A stretch of DNA of 64,000 nucleotides from Octopus vulgaris. Taxonomy: Eukaryota. How positions within the stretch are numbered: position 1 is the first letter of the stretch; every line of letters begins with the position of its first letter. Where the stretch lies: the NCBI GenBank assembly GCA_951406725.2, contig OX597822.1, positions 64,604,001 through 64,668,000 on the forward strand, read 5' to 3'. Below are positions 1-16,884 of the stretch, one piece after another. Position numbers and translations under genes: made by a program. The notes beneath the pieces are model-generated. The model ran no database searches. It worked only from the letters and a program-made list of their open reading frames with translations, and was not told where the DNA came from.

Positions 1-599
1 TCGGCCAACTCTGATAAGGTTGTTGTTTGGACCTTTTCCCTGATAGACGCCATTTATAACTTTCTTCCAGTCATGCCGGCGCTTTACTCCAAGTAAGTTC
101 TTCCCGTTGTTTCATTCCAAGGTTTAAGAGTTTCCTTGCGTTTAATGAGTTCTGAAAATCTAAGCATTAAGCCTGTATGATATACTGCTGAACGGTTTAC
201 GAAAACCACCTGTTTTACAGTTTGTGCTCATATCCTGACACAATGTAAGATGTGGACACGGGGATCCAGTCAAAAGCATTTTAATATTAATCTAAAATGG
301 GCGCATCAACAAGTAATTATTCAACAAATGGTTGAATTATTACTGACAGGTGTGTTACCATGATTTGCTTCAACAATTTGAATAGGCATTTTGGTAGTCT
401 GCTGGATTTCCTGGTTTTTATATCGCTTTCCAGTTTATGGCTATTTTGCCAAGGTGTGTTATCACTTTCAGATAGATCTCGTCGTCTCCTGCAGCTTTGC
501 TTGTTTTCAGGTTATTTATTATTGTTTCTGCTTCTTGTTTTGTAATTGATGTCGCTGTATAGTCTTCTTTAACATTAATGGATAGGCCTTATACAAAAA

Positions 600-900
600 C
601 CAATATTCTAACCTCGCAGATCTTTAAAATTCCTACACGCAATCACTTTAGTCATGACTTCCAGAGAGAGAGAGAAAAAAACTACTGCTCTTTCTTGTCA
701 AAGCCAGGCGGTTAAACCTTTTCATTATAGGCGCGGCCAATAATTTGGGGCATGGATTCTAGATTCCTTAATCTATTTGAAATGTTGTCCGCACTGATGG
801 GAATATCTAAGCCGTTGGATTGTGCCTTATCTAGTATTGTTTTTTAAGCATTTGTCCAGCTTGCTTATTGTATCAGTTGAAGTTCGCACTCTCTGTCCGT
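600..900 (-). pseudogene. Older, heavily decayed L1/Tx1-type ORF2 3' fragment (tandem partner of 1070-1650)
   Basis: 662-735 resembles 1115-1185 (cagagagaga..aaaaaactactgctctttc..ttttcattatag); the minus strand gives LEVMTKVIACR, matching ILVAMAKECIWWTR of the 7288-7628 copy. Confidence 0.4.
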
Positions 901-1069
901 ACCTCATCTATTAATACAATGTTTGGGCTTTGTGTGTTTTCATAATTCTGCTGAAGTTTTTCACTGCTTGCTAACCCTTGGGCTGCCGTACTCTATGTCT
1001 CCTTGAGATATGCTTCTTTTTCAGAAGAATTTTGGTAAATCACCCGCTTTTGTCGTACGCTGCTAGTAT

Positions 1070-1650
1070 TCATTTTAGTCGAGGCCAACATGCACCCACT
1101 TTTGTCATAACTATCAGAGAGAGAATAAAAAACTACTGCTCTTTCTGCTGGAATGTAGGCACTTGGGTATTTTCATTATAGACCCAGCCTGTCTTTGGCG
1201 CGACAGCAGCTGATCGGCAAAATTTCCCAAGGCAGCAATGCTCGGTCATTGAATGTGTCGCGGACATTCCAGGCGAGAGCACTTCCTTACCTGTAGAGTT
1301 TATCTCGAACTGATAATGTTCTCACCGGTAGGAATATCAAGTCAGAGATTCCGAGAAATCATGTGTAGTTCCCCGATAGAAACTCTTCCGGAATATACCA
1401 ACCAACTGATTTTCGTCAATCTCAGACTTTCCATGAAACGTCATCGATCTTACCCCACCATTAATGATTTTTTATAGACTGGTAACGTGGAAGTTGAATC
1501 GACTGCTTTACCCGACTTATAAAGGACTGGAAACGCTGAACAACATTCTAGATGCCACGCATTCGGTCTTCTCTTCGTATGATCCAGAACTGCTTCTCCG
1601 CCAAATTGCAGGAAAGCAATTTACCTGACAAAGGCACGTTTTCTCGCACC
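1070..1650 (-). pseudogene. Decayed L1/Tx1-type LINE ORF2 C-terminal fragment (Cys-rich zf-RVT-like region)
   Basis: Minus-strand pieces with stops and frameshifts: EIDENQLVGIFRKSF, TLSVRDKLYR, CPR, QLLSRQRQAGSIMKI, LIVMTKVGACWPRLK; the later pieces are collinear with the copies at 7288-7628 and 51440-52160. Confidence 0.65.
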
Positions 1651-2048
1651 TGTTCATAGTCAAGAAATCTCTGTAGATGCTGCAGCTTCAGCGCATGTCT
1701 ATGCCTCTCTTTTCAGTGACAATAATGTCTAGTCAATAGATCTGTCTCCTGTGTGTTTACTCAAAGACAGTTATATCTAAGAATAATACCAAGCTGGAAG
1801 CCTGATATATATTTCCAAGTTCTTCTTTCACACCACATATAACTCTCACAATACCATATCTATACAACTAGATGACGTAATAGATAGATAACTATTCATG
1901 AATGTGCGCGCGCGTGTGTATGTGTGTGTATGTGTATACGTGTACAACTGCCTGTGAGTGTAGATGTATGTTTGGTTATGTAGTTGCGTCAGCATTCATC
2001 CCCCTCCTTCTCTAGAATTCTCTCCATCTACGAACATACCTACCGTTT

Positions 2049-2510
<462 letters not shown>

Positions 2511-2878
2511 CCAATTTGTCTCTTTATTTCACTCTATATATATGTATATACACCCATGTATGTCTCTATATATATGATTCCTGTATAATATTTTTGGTCT
2601 GAATGTATGTATCTGCGTCTCTGTGTATGTATATGTAGTAGTCAATGGTTAGTGTGAGGAACAATCGCTGATTATGTGTGGACATAGAATAATCTCGCAC
2701 CAATGTTGATACAATAGCATTAAAAGAATCTTTGAAATAGATAAATGGAAACTGACGCATTGGGAATTTTTTTTATAATTCCCGATAAAAATATCTCAAA
2801 CCACAAAATTTCTTTTTTTTCTTCAAAATAGTTTTCTTTCTGATTCAAAACAACATCTTCCTACCTTTCTTTCCCTCC

Positions 2879-2879
<1 letters not shown>

Positions 2880-2951
<72 letters not shown>

Positions 2952-3134
2952 GTGTGTGTGTGTATACGCATACATTTATACATACATATGTATATACATC
3001 TCTCTCTCACTCTCTCTCTCTCTCTCTTTCTATATATATATATATATATATGTATATCTATATATATCTATCTATGTATGTATCTATCTATGTAACTATC
3101 TATGTATGTGTGTATGTGTGTATACATCTGTGTG

Positions 3135-3193
<59 letters not shown>

Positions 3194-3237
3194 ATGACCA
3201 TACATTTATACATATACAATGTGTGTGTTTGTGTGTG

Positions 3238-3278
<41 letters not shown>
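2880..3278. repeat. (TA)n/(TG)n/(TC)n compound microsatellite
   Basis: Directly visible. Confidence 0.95.
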
Positions 3279-3281
<3 letters not shown>

Positions 3282-3495
3282 CACATATGTTCGATTATCT
3301 TCATGAATAAAAAAAAAGTAACATTAATCGAATAAAGAACTTAATACGTAAAATTGATTTAAATATTTATCTTTTACAAGGTGACACTAACTTGGAAGTT
3401 TCACCAATTCCAAAAACTGTTGTTGGCGAAAGTTCTGAGTAACTTTCATCTTGTTGGTGGTTTGTGTACGCGTTTGAAAGTGTATGTATGTGCGT

Positions 3496-3536
<41 letters not shown>

Positions 3537-4054
3537 CGTGCATCATTGCGTATGCGTATTTTTCAGGTTAAACATAACGTAGAAGTTACAAATATACGTA
3601 ATCATGTATTTACGCACATACACCAACAGGTAGTTACGCATAACTGTGCATGCAGACACCACACCACACACACACATACACACGCATATACAAGAAACAG
3701 ATACATGAATATGGTATATACGTATAGACACATTGATGATTCTCTACATCGCCATGTCTGTGTATTTGCATATGCGTGCCTGAGTATGTTGGAGTTCGAT
3801 TGCACAATATCATGTCTTTAGACACACACACACACACACACGGACACACACACACACATACACACGCACACACACACATTCATTCACACTAAAATTGGTA
3901 TATACGTCTGTATATCTATAATTTTACATATGTAAATATAACTGTATTATATTATGCAAACACACATGTTTGAAGATAAGTCAGTAAAACGCATAAGTAA
4001 AGCAGACGACACATACGAATGAACACAAACAGGCGTAACTGTATCTATGTACAC

Positions 4055-4086
<32 letters not shown>

Positions 4087-4581
4087 TCACACACACATAC
4101 ACACACACACACACATTTTTCATTGATTAGAGAAAGATTGCAAAGAAATTTTTCAATGAAATAACGAAAATAATGGATTTAAGATTTAAGATTTTAGATC
4201 TTAGAACAATATTTATTAAACTTCTTTTTGAAAGACAAAGAATTCGTTGTAATTTCATCAAAAATAATTTTGTAGAAGAAAACAGAAAATACAACATAGA
4301 GACAACAACATATTAAGAATATAAAATACAAGCTAAAAATACACCAATTGATCAACAAACTGTATCCCCTTGTGTATAATGATGCATGGGACAGTAGCGT
4401 GTGAGGAAAGAATCATTGGTCTTTAAGATCTGGATTGGTTCGGTGACATTAAAGAAATTGTGGAGTTCCTGGACGAAATGCATTCTAGCAGATAGTAACG
4501 CCGCTTTACATTCTCGTTTCAAATTTATTAGGGTTTGATCCGTTCTTTAGTCCAAGTAGAGCTCAAGTGATTTAATTTATA

Positions 4582-5088
4582 TATTCTTTTATTCTTTTAT
4601 TCTTTTATTTGTTTCAGTAAGTTGAGTACGGCCATGCTGGAACACCGCCTTTAGTCGAGACAGTCGACCCCAGAACTTATTCTTTGTAAGCCTAGTGCTT
4701 ATTTTATCGGTCTCTCTTGCCGAACCGCTAAGTTACGGGGACGTACACACACCAGCATCGGTTGTCAAGCGATGTTGGGTGGGGGGACAAACACAAGCAC
4801 AGGCACAGACAGACAGACAGACACACACACAGAAACAAACACACACAAACACACACACGCACACACACACACACACAACCACACACGCACGTACACACAA
4901 ACACACACATATATATATGTATATATATACGACGGGCTTCTTTCAGTTTCCGTCAACCAAATCCACTCACAAGGCTTTGGTCGGTCCGAGGCTATAGTAG
5001 AAGACACTTTCCCAAAGTGCCACGCAGTGGAACTGAACCCGGAACCATGTGGTTGGTAAGCAAGCTACTTACCACACAGCCACTTCTA
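4582..5088 (-). mobile_element. tRNA-derived SINE family B, near full length, internal CA/TA microsatellite, short tandem-repeat tail
   Basis: Minus-strand head gtggctgtgtggtaag (A box) ..gggttcagttcca (B box); near-identical to copies at 23429, 47735, 53423, 56180 and 60519. Confidence 0.9.
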
Positions 5089-5089
5089 A

Positions 5090-5601
5090 CGACATCAATG
5101 ATAACGATGATGATGAAGTAGGCGATGATGATGATGTAGGCGATGATGATGACGATGATGATGATGATGATGATGACAGCAACTACGACGATGACGATGT
5201 TAATAAGGATTGTGATAGTCATGTCAATGATAATAACAATGGTAGTCATCATTGTAATGACGGTACTGCCAAAGCCAACGGCGATTTTTGCTGACAACGA
5301 TGATGAGAACGAAAATGAAGATGATGATGATGATGATGATGATGATCATGATGATGAAGATAAATGAGACGACAATGATGATGATGATGATAACAATAAC
5401 GACGGGTTTTAATATTATCATCCTCCTTCCTCGTTATCATTATTATTATTATTAGTTGTGATACTCTTGTGGAAAAAATAAAAATGATACTATTACTTTT
5501 GTTGCTGATCTTCTTCTTCTTCTTCTTCTTCTTCTTCTTCTTCTTCTTCTTCTTCTTCTTCTTCTTCTTCATCATCATTATCATCATCATCATCATCATC
5601 A

Positions 5602-5697
<96 letters not shown>
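5090..5697. repeat. Trinucleotide repeat chain (GAT)n, (TTC)n, (ATC)n, (ATT)n, (AGT)n
   Basis: Directly visible. Confidence 0.95.
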
Positions 5698-6013
5698 TTT
5701 TGGATTCAACAATAGAAATATTGATCATCGGTGTTAAATTGATGTCGACACAATCGCTAACTGATTCCGATTCAGAAGAAAACAAGACGAACAATAACAA
5801 CAAAGACACCGACGAAAGCATCTTTATCATCAACAATAAATACTACTACAAGACAACAACAACAATCACAGCAATAATACTAGCAAAAACGTACAAGTAT
5901 TATAAACACAATAGAGCGATAACGCGAACGATATATCAACAGCGAGTTGAGCAAAAATCAAACGAAATCAATATAGTTTTTTTGATTGCTATAATATATA
6001 TTTATCGATAAAA

Positions 6014-6589
6014 CGGCGAGCTGGCAGAAACGTTAGCACGCCGGGCGAAATGCTTAGCGGTATTTCGTCTGCCGCTACGTTGTGAGTTCAAATTCCGTCG
6101 AGGTCGACTTTGCCTTTCATCCTTTCGGGGTCGATAAATTAAGTATCAGTTACGCACTGGGGTCGATGTAATCGACTTAATACCTATGTCTGTCCTTGTT
6201 TGTCCCCTCTGTGTTTAGCCCCTTGTGGGTAATAAAGAAATAGGTATTTCGTCTGTCGCTACGTTGTGAGATCAAATTCCGTCGAGGTCGACTTTGCCTT
6301 TCATCCTTTCGGGGACGATTAAATAAGTACCAGTTACGCACGTCCTTGTTTGTCCTCTCTGTGTTTAGCCCCTTGTGGGTAGTAAAGAAATAGGTGTTTC
6401 GTCTGCCGTTACGTTCTGAGTTCAAATTCCGCCGAGGTCGACATTGCCTTTCATCCTTTCGGGGTCGATTAAATAAGTACCAGTTACGCACTGGGGTCGA
6501 TATAATCGACTTAATCCGTTTGTCTGTCCTTGTTTGTCCTCTCTGTGTTTAGCCCCTTGTGGGTAGTAAAGAAATAGGTATTTCGTCTG
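6014..6589 (+). mobile_element. tRNA-derived SINE family A (Meta-domain-like core), tandem array of three units
   Basis: Head ggcgagctggcagaaacgttag..gagttcaaattcc; core gcctttcatcctttcggggtcgataaa..agtacca resembles the MetaSINE domain; unit starts ggtatttcg/ggtgtttcg at 6059, 6243, 6393 and 6577. Confidence 0.9.
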
Positions 6590-6790
6590 ATTAGAAAAGC
6601 GTATTCTGCACCAAAGAAGAATGATAAACAACTTCCCATCAAATTGTGTATTATTGATAACAGTAATTGCTGTGAATCAATAGCCAAGACATCAATTATA
6701 AAATGTCACTCATAATACATACATACATGCATACATTCATTCGAATATATGTGTATATGCATATACATATATGTGTGTTTGTGTATATAT

Positions 6791-6893
<103 letters not shown>

Positions 6894-7074
6894 CATAAAT
6901 ATATACATATATACATAGCTCATATAAAAGTACCATTAATTGTACACACACACACACACACACATATATATGTATATTTATTCACACTCACACACATTCA
7001 CACACATATATATATACTAATCTATATCTAATATACTGTCTATGTCTAATCTCACTCTCTCTGTCTATCTACCA

Positions 7075-8000
<926 letters not shown>

Positions 8001-8243
8001 TCTATCTAGCTAGCTAGCTATCTATATATATACATATATACAAACATGCATATTCACACACACACACACACACACACATGTATATACATATATATTTATG
8101 TGTTTGTATGTGTCTATGATAAACTGAAATATATATATACACACATACATACACAAACATATACACACACATCTGGATATACATACACCCACCCACATAC
8201 AAACACCCACCACATATATGTACATATATGTTTAAAATATCTT

Positions 8244-8298
<55 letters not shown>

Positions 8299-8574
8299 AA
8301 AATTAAATATGTATATGCTTAGATCTAAGTGTTGGTGCGTTTGTTCACGTGTATATGTGTGTTCGAGTGTGTATGTGTAAGCTTATAACTGCACGTATTT
8401 AACAAACAATATGGCACTCAGAAGAAGAAAGCGTTCGCTTATATTCGTGGCCTCAAAGACAACTGAAAGGCGGGATTGAGCAGGAAATTAAAAGTTTGGG
8501 TGCAGGAATCACGCTGCTGTGCTTTCATTAACTTCATTTAAATATGTTCATACTAAAAACTAACACTGGATTCG

Positions 8575-8581
8575 ATGATGT

Positions 8582-8657
<76 letters not shown>

Positions 8658-8689
8658 TGATAATAACGATAATGATAATAATAATAATG

Positions 8690-8756
<67 letters not shown>

Positions 8757-8806
8757 TGATGATGATGATGATGATGATGAGGATGATGATGTTAATAATA
8801 ATAATG

Positions 8807-8843
<37 letters not shown>
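8575..8843. repeat. (AAT)n/(GAT)n microsatellite
   Basis: Directly visible. Confidence 0.97.
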
Positions 8844-8844
<1 letters not shown>

Positions 8845-9081
8845 TGGAGAGGTATGGTAGAAAAGTAATGAGGGTGGCAAGAAAAGATTTTTGGGGGTTG
8901 GTGTACCATCGAATTTAAGTGTGGTAGAAATGGTGTTGGGTAAATTAGGGTTACGGGAGAAATGAATTTGGAAAGGGGAAGGATATTGTGAGGGGGTGTT
9001 GCAAGATGGCTGAGCTATATATAACAAGTCAACGGAAGTGTATGTATGTAAGTGTGTGACTGTGTGTGTTACTGTGTGCGT

Positions 9082-9120
<39 letters not shown>

Positions 9121-9380
9121 TGTGTGTGTGTGTGTGTGTGTGAATGTGTGAGTGTGTGTATGTATATGTGCGGTAGTATACGAGTAGTGAAGCCGATTTT
9201 GGATTGTAAAGAAGATAGGTTGGGCAAGTCATCGGAAGCGTGTGTATGTATGTATGTATGTATGTATGTATGTATGTATGTATGTATGTATGTGTGTGTG
9301 TCTGTGTGCGCGTGTGCGAGCTCGCGTGTGTGTGTGTGTGCGTGCGCGTCTATATTTGTGTTTGGTTGATCGCAATTGGT

Positions 9381-9900
9381 ACTTTGCCTTTCATCCTTTC
9401 GGGGTCGATTAAATAAGTATCAGTTACGCACTGGGGTCGATATAATCGACTTAATCCGTTTGTTTGTCCCCTCTGTGTGTAGCCCCTTGTGGACAGTAAA
9501 GAAATAAGAAACGTTAGTACGGCGGACGAAATGCTTAGAGCTATTTTCTCTGTCTTTAGGTTCTGAGTTCAAATTCCGCAGAGGTCGACTTTGCTTTTCA
9601 TCCTTTCGGATTCGATAAATTAAGTACCAGTTGCGTCCTGGGGTCGACCTAATCGACTACCCCCTCCCCCCAAATTTCGGACCTTGTGCCAAGAGTAGAA
9701 AAGAATCGTTAGAGCGCCAGGCAAAATGCTTAGCGGCAGTTCGTCTGTGCTTACGTTCTGAGTTCAAGTTCCGCCGGGGTCGACTTTCATCCCTTTCGGG
9801 CATCCATAGCAAAAGTACCAGGTGAACACTGGGATCGATGCAATCTACTTTCCCGCCCCTTTAAAATTGCCGTCCTTGTGCTAAACTAAGAAACGAATAT
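9381..9900 (+). mobile_element. SINE family A tandem/nested partial copies
   Basis: Repeated gcctttcatcctttcggggtcgat core and gagttcaaattcc B box. Confidence 0.85.
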
Positions 9901-9908
9901 TATTATAG

Positions 9909-10384
9909 AAATATTAATATTTCTAAGTATCTCTAAAGGAGACTACGGCAGCCGTACCAGCCGTACTGGATATTAATAGTTATCGCCAAGCTAACGTGGC
10001 AGTCCAGAAAAATAGGACGAATGCTGTCGTTGATCAGCTCCAAGAGGCCATCGCCTTTAGAGAGACTTAGAAATATTAATATTTATATTTTTGAAAACCA
10101 GAGGATGTATTCCACTGAATTTAAGTAAATAATCCTTCGAACAGATGGTCAGTAGCGACGCCTGCTCGGTTCGGTTGCTCTACATTGATAAAGGGCAAAT
10201 ACCCTGAAACTAGTCTGTAGATGGCAGACCAGAAATGAGAAGCGGCTGACCTCCCCTGTTCGAAGGTTATAATGGACACAGGTTCTTGTGTCACATGGTT
10301 AGCTAGAGGCGATGGCCTCTTGGAGCTAATCAACGGCAGCATCCGTCCTATTTTTCTGGACTGCCATGTTAGCTTGGCGATAAC
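9909..10384. repeat. Nested inverted-repeat (fold-back) cluster
   Basis: 31-bp IR 9909-9939/10054-10084 (1 mismatch); 82-bp IR 9979-10060/10303-10384; short IR ccttcgaacag/ctgttcgaagg inside. Confidence 0.85.
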
Positions 10385-10411
10385 GATTATTATTGTGATT
10401 TTTCTATTTTT

Positions 10412-11310
10412 AGGTGGCGAGCTAGCAGAAACGTTAGCACGCCGGGTGAAATGCTTAGCAGTATTTCGTGTGCCGTTACGTTCTGAGTTCAAATTCCGCC
10501 GAGGTCGACTTTGCCTTTCATCCTTTCGGGGTCGATTAAATAAGTACCAGTTACGCACTGGGATCAATATAATCGGCTTAATCCGTTTGTCTGTCCTTGT
10601 CTGTCCTTGTTTGTCTTCTCTGTGTTTAGCCCCTTATGGGTAGTAAAGAAATAGGTATTTCGGCTGCCGTTACGTTCTGAGTTCAAATTCCGCCGAGGTC
10701 GACTTTGCCTTTCATCCTTTCGGGGTCGATTAAATAAGTACCAGTTACGCACTGAGGTCGATATAATCGACTTAATCCGTTTATCTGTCCTTGTTTGTCT
10801 TTGTGTTTAGCCCCTTGTGGGTAGTAAAGAAATAGGTATTTCGGCTGCCGTTACGTTCTGAGTTCAAATTCCGCCGAGGTCGACTTTGCTTTCATCCTTT
10901 CGGAGTAGAGGAATTAAGAACAAGTTGCGTAGTGGTGTCGATCTAATCGACTGGTCCTCTGCCCCAGAATTTCGGGCCTTGTGCCTAAAGTAGAAAAGAA
11001 TATTTAAAGGCAGTGAGCTGGCAGAAACGTTAGCACGCCGGCGAAATGCTTAGCGCTATTTCGTCTGTCTTAGAAATATTGATATTATGCTGGGCCCCCG
11101 AGTTCAAATTCCGCCGAAGTTGCTTAACGGTATTTCGCTCGTCGCTACGTTCTGAGTTCAAATACCGCCGAAGTCAACTTCGCCTTTAATCCTTTTGAAG
11201 TCGATAAAATAAGCACCAGTTGAGTACCGGGGTCGACCTAATCGACTAGCCCTCTACCCCCCCCCCCCCCAAAAAAAAAACAACTGCCCTTGTGGCAAGA
11301 TTTGATACCA
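10412..11310 (+). mobile_element. SINE family A tandem array plus adjacent diverged copies
   Basis: Head at ~10412; repeat units rejoin at aaagaaataggtatttcg (~10655, ~10836). Confidence 0.88.
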
Positions 11311-11977
11311 TTATTATTTTTCTATTCGCTGGTTAATTTATATTTGCTTTATGAATGACTCACTGAGCCATTTCGTATCAAGCTTTATTTTTTTGTTATG
11401 TCATGTCACATCCGTCTAAAAATTAGTTTTATCATCGACATGCCCTTGTTTATCCTACACCTTTCCCCCCTAAATCCCCACTCCTCTCTCTTTCTCTCTC
11501 TAAGTCAGTCAATATTTTATTTATCTTATTCTCTATAACTATTATTTTAAAATTTGATCAGTCTTTTTCCTCTTAAACTTTATTTGTTATTCTTTTTCTC
11601 TCTCGCTTTTATCTGTTTAATAGTCCATACGCACAAACGTACACCCATACATACATACATGCATACATACATACATGCATACATACAATCATACATACAT
11701 ACAGACATACGGACATATATATACTACATACATACGAATATACACGTATACATGCAGTCCCTCTTAAAATTTGTCTCCATATTTGTTTTTAGTCTTATGA
11801 TGTTCTTTTCATTCTTCTAATGTACGCATATAGTTAAGTAAGCACCAGTATAGGCATTCATCTATCTGTTTATTTGTCTGCCCGTCTGTATATGTATGTA
11901 TATATGTATGTATTTATGTATGTATGCGTGTGTGTGTTTCTGTCTGTCAGTGTGTCTATCTCTCGATTTCTATTACG

Positions 11978-11978
<1 letters not shown>

Positions 11979-12061
<83 letters not shown>

Positions 12062-12064
12062 GTG

Positions 12065-12149
<85 letters not shown>

Positions 12150-12300
12150 GTATTTATCTATCTATATATATATATATATATGTTTGTGAGTATGTGTGTG
12201 TGTCTGTCTGTCTGTCTGTTCGTCTGTTTGTCTGTCTGTTCGTCTGTTTGTCTGTCTGTTCGTCTGTTTGTCTGTCTGTTCGTCTGTCTATCTATCTACC
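11979..12300 (+). repeat. (TATC)n/(TGTC)n microsatellite
   Basis: Directly visible. Confidence 0.95.
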
Positions 12301-12719
12301 TTACTATTCTCCTTCTCCTCTAATCCTTTATTCTAATACCCCATCGCTTTTACACCGCTCTACATCATACACATCCTCAAACACTCTTATTCATTACTCC
12401 ATTCCCCGTGACAACCACGTCTTAACTCTGACCACCACCCGCTTCTCATTCTTAAAAGGTCAATAAGCCAATGAAGGCCACGGATTAGGACAAATTAACA
12501 AAGCATTAACTGCGAACGAACGCACGATGCCCCTACTTGCAGTTCCCTGCTCAGATGGGGATCAATATGAATGGCTTAAAACTACGACACATTCTAATCC
12601 CTAATCTGATCCTAGCTCCCAATAGAATATACATCACCTCTCTTACGTCTTATGACCTGTCACTTTGATCTCTCTCCCAACTCGCTCCTTCCTACACGTA
12701 CACCCACATAAATAGACTA

Positions 12720-12837
<118 letters not shown>

Positions 12838-13129
12838 AGAAGTATATGCAGGCAGACGTAGAACTTAAGTTTTGAAAGTGTTGGTCGTTCCCTCGGGTCT
12901 ATTGAGCTTTCAGGAAATAGAGGCGAAGGCAAGCTGTATGCACGAAAGAGTGAAGTTTTAAGGGTTTTTTTAAAAATAAAATTAACAACAGACTAAGAGC
13001 AATAACAACGAAGGCACGTACACACACACACACACACACACATGCATTTACCCATGATCATACACATCAACACACATGCTCCTCCTATACGCACATGCTT
13101 AGGAGTGAACACATAAAATAGTAATAGAA

Positions 13130-13798
<669 letters not shown>

Positions 13799-13799
13799 G

Positions 13800-13882
13800 G
13801 ATGAGTCAGCGGAAATTCGCCATTACCTTCTGCCGGAGGTGCGTGGAGCTTAGGTGTTTCGCTCATAAGCATACACATCACC
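13800..13882 (-). mobile_element. SINE family C fragment
   Basis: gagtcagc..ttcgccattaccttctgccggag..gcgtggagcttaggtgtttcgctcataa matches 57962-58010 and the reverse complement of 47070-47136. Confidence 0.75.
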
Positions 13883-14569
13883 TGTTCTGACCATTAGGCT
13901 ATGTGCCACCACTATCATATTGACATTAACGGTGAAGAATTTGCAACAGAAATGCAACATTTCTTATAAGTAATTAATGCAAGTCCAGGAAAACCGAAAC
14001 AGAAATTTCTAGAATTTCCGTATGTATTTAATGGCTTCTGAGATATTTCCAATGCTTGCGCTGGATTGAGAATAGTTGCTTTTACCTGTTTCAGCCATTC
14101 TAGTGCTGCCATGCTCAGCAGAAATATCTTTCAGCATAAATCTTAAGTCCTGTTTAGACCTAACATGTTTCAATCTCAAACTGTTGATTGAATCAATATA
14201 GCTAAAATATTGATTTTGAAAAGCGTTACTACTGATTAATGAAAATAGGGTATAAAAGTTCATTTCATTAAGTGATTACCGGATTTCTATTCAGCCGGGC
14301 GGCTTTTCGCAATATTAGTCAATGTTGCTGGCTGCGAGTATGCAACATTGAAAAGGATAGAAAGGGCCGAGATGCATCGGGATTTCTTGCTAGCTGGTGT
14401 TGTAATAAATTTTCGTCACCTCCCGATATTTACTGTGCTTACAACATAGCACGTTTCATAAGAGATGTTATCTCAAGGAAAAATACCGCTGTAACTGGTC
14501 TCTCTCTCGCCTTATCTCTCTCTCTGTCTATGTCTCTTTCATTTACTGTCAAGATTTACGGTATATATT

Positions 14570-14895
14570 CTTTTCTACTCTAGGCCCGAAATTTTTGAGG
14601 AGGGGGCCAGTCGATTAGATCGACCCTAGTACATAACTGGTACTTAATTTATCAATCCCGAAAGGATGAAAGGCAAAGTCGACCTCGGCGGAATTTGAAC
14701 TCACAACGTAACGACAGACGAAATACCTATTTCTTTACTACCCACAAGGGGCTAAACACAAAGACAAACAAGGACAGATAAACGGATTAAGTCGATTATA
14801 TCGACCCCAGTGCGTAACTGGTACTTATTTAATCGACCCCGAAAGGATAAAAGCAAAGCAAAGAACGTAACGGCAGACGAAATACGGCTACACAC
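14570..14895 (-). mobile_element. SINE family A, tandem partial copies
   Basis: gaaaggatgaaaggcaaagtcgacctcggcggaatttgaactc motif. Confidence 0.85.
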
Positions 14896-14942
<47 letters not shown>

Positions 14943-14946
14943 GAGG

Positions 14947-14994
<48 letters not shown>

Positions 14995-15618
14995 TCTTTT
15001 ACTCTTTTACTTGTTTCAGTCATTTGACTGTGGCCATGCTGGAGCACCTGCCTCATTATGTTTAATAAGGACATAAAATAATACGGTTTATGTTGTTCAT
15101 ATGACGAAGTAACCATAATTTTCTTGGTAGAAAAATAACGCTACAACATTAAAATTCCTGGAACTCAACTGAATATTAACGGTATATTTAGATTTGAATT
15201 ATTCAATTTTGAGAGAATTCCACTTCTGAGGAAATAAAATTAGTCTCAATTCGTTTTGCAAACTTTCCTCTCGGAAATCCTGTACGCCCCCTTACAAAAA
15301 CATACACACACATATATGTATATGTATGTGTGTGTATGTGTAATATATAAGTGCCTTTATATATATTTATATGTATATGTATTTATGTATATATATATGT
15401 ATGTACGTACGCATGTATTATATGAATGTATACACACAAACGCGCACTTATATAGATACTTATAGCCGTGCATTCTTACATATGCACACTCACACATAAT
15501 TTATTTGCTGTTTAACGTACACATTTGTTCTTCCTCTCTTTTTTTTCTTTTTTCTCTCTCACATAAGAACAGTCGCACACAATCACATATGCACACGCAC
15601 ACACATAGACACACCAAC

Positions 15619-15696
<78 letters not shown>

Positions 15697-15701
15697 ATAA
15701 A

Positions 15702-15802
<101 letters not shown>

Positions 15803-16522
15803 ATATACACACATGCTCCCCTTGTCACTTTATATGCACAGAAGGCTGAAAGACTGCACAGAAGAAGTCTGGTTTGATTAAATCAACATTTGAAGGTGAT
15901 ATATTTAGGATTACACATACATCCAAGGCCAGACGTTCTAGTAGTGTCTCAACTATCATTCTCAGAATGTTTATCTTACCTTATTCGAAGCACAGATGGT
16001 GGGTGCTATGGACAGTAAAGCAAGCGAAGTAATTATACCTACCACCTCCCACTTACATCAGTCCTGCACTGCTGCTGCTGCTGTCGGTTTTAAATTATGG
16101 CTGGCTGGATGGAGAGATGGCTGGCTGGATAGAAAGATGGCTGGCTGGTTTTTGGCTGGTTTTGAAAACTGGCTTGTTTTCTGGCTGGCTTCTTTCTTGT
16201 TCATGTTCTTGTTCAGCTCCAAGTCAGCATTGATCCAGTAAGCTTACAATTCGCACTGAGAAATGAAATCCAGTTGATGGAATACGCATGGAAGCACGAT
16301 GGAGAAATGGCTCCTGTTCCTGAATGTTAAACTTAACTTGTCGCTTGGTTTTAACACCACATTTTCCTCCTTGTCCAAGGGCGCCTTTAACAAAGCCTCG
16401 ACTGTTGCAAGTATTTAAGCTAGGCAGAGCTTTCTGGTGGATTATTGCTAAACATGATTTCTGAGCCAGGAACCAGGGCCCCTGTCCGTATATAAGAGTT
16501 ACTTATTTAATCATTTATTTTT

Positions 16523-16841
<319 letters not shown>

Positions 16842-16884
16842 AATATGTTATTACTGGATCCACATGCCGCAATTGGTTTAAATA

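Noticed and set aside
6059-6589. Regularly spaced repeats resembling a CRISPR array
   Set aside because: The whole 184-bp unit repeats with no unique spacers; eukaryotic context and no cas genes.
6177-6631. Recurrent peptides RNWYLFNRPRKDERQSRPRRNLNSER / YLIDPERMKGKVDLGGI at many loci
   Set aside because: Antisense translations of SINE A, not a gene family.
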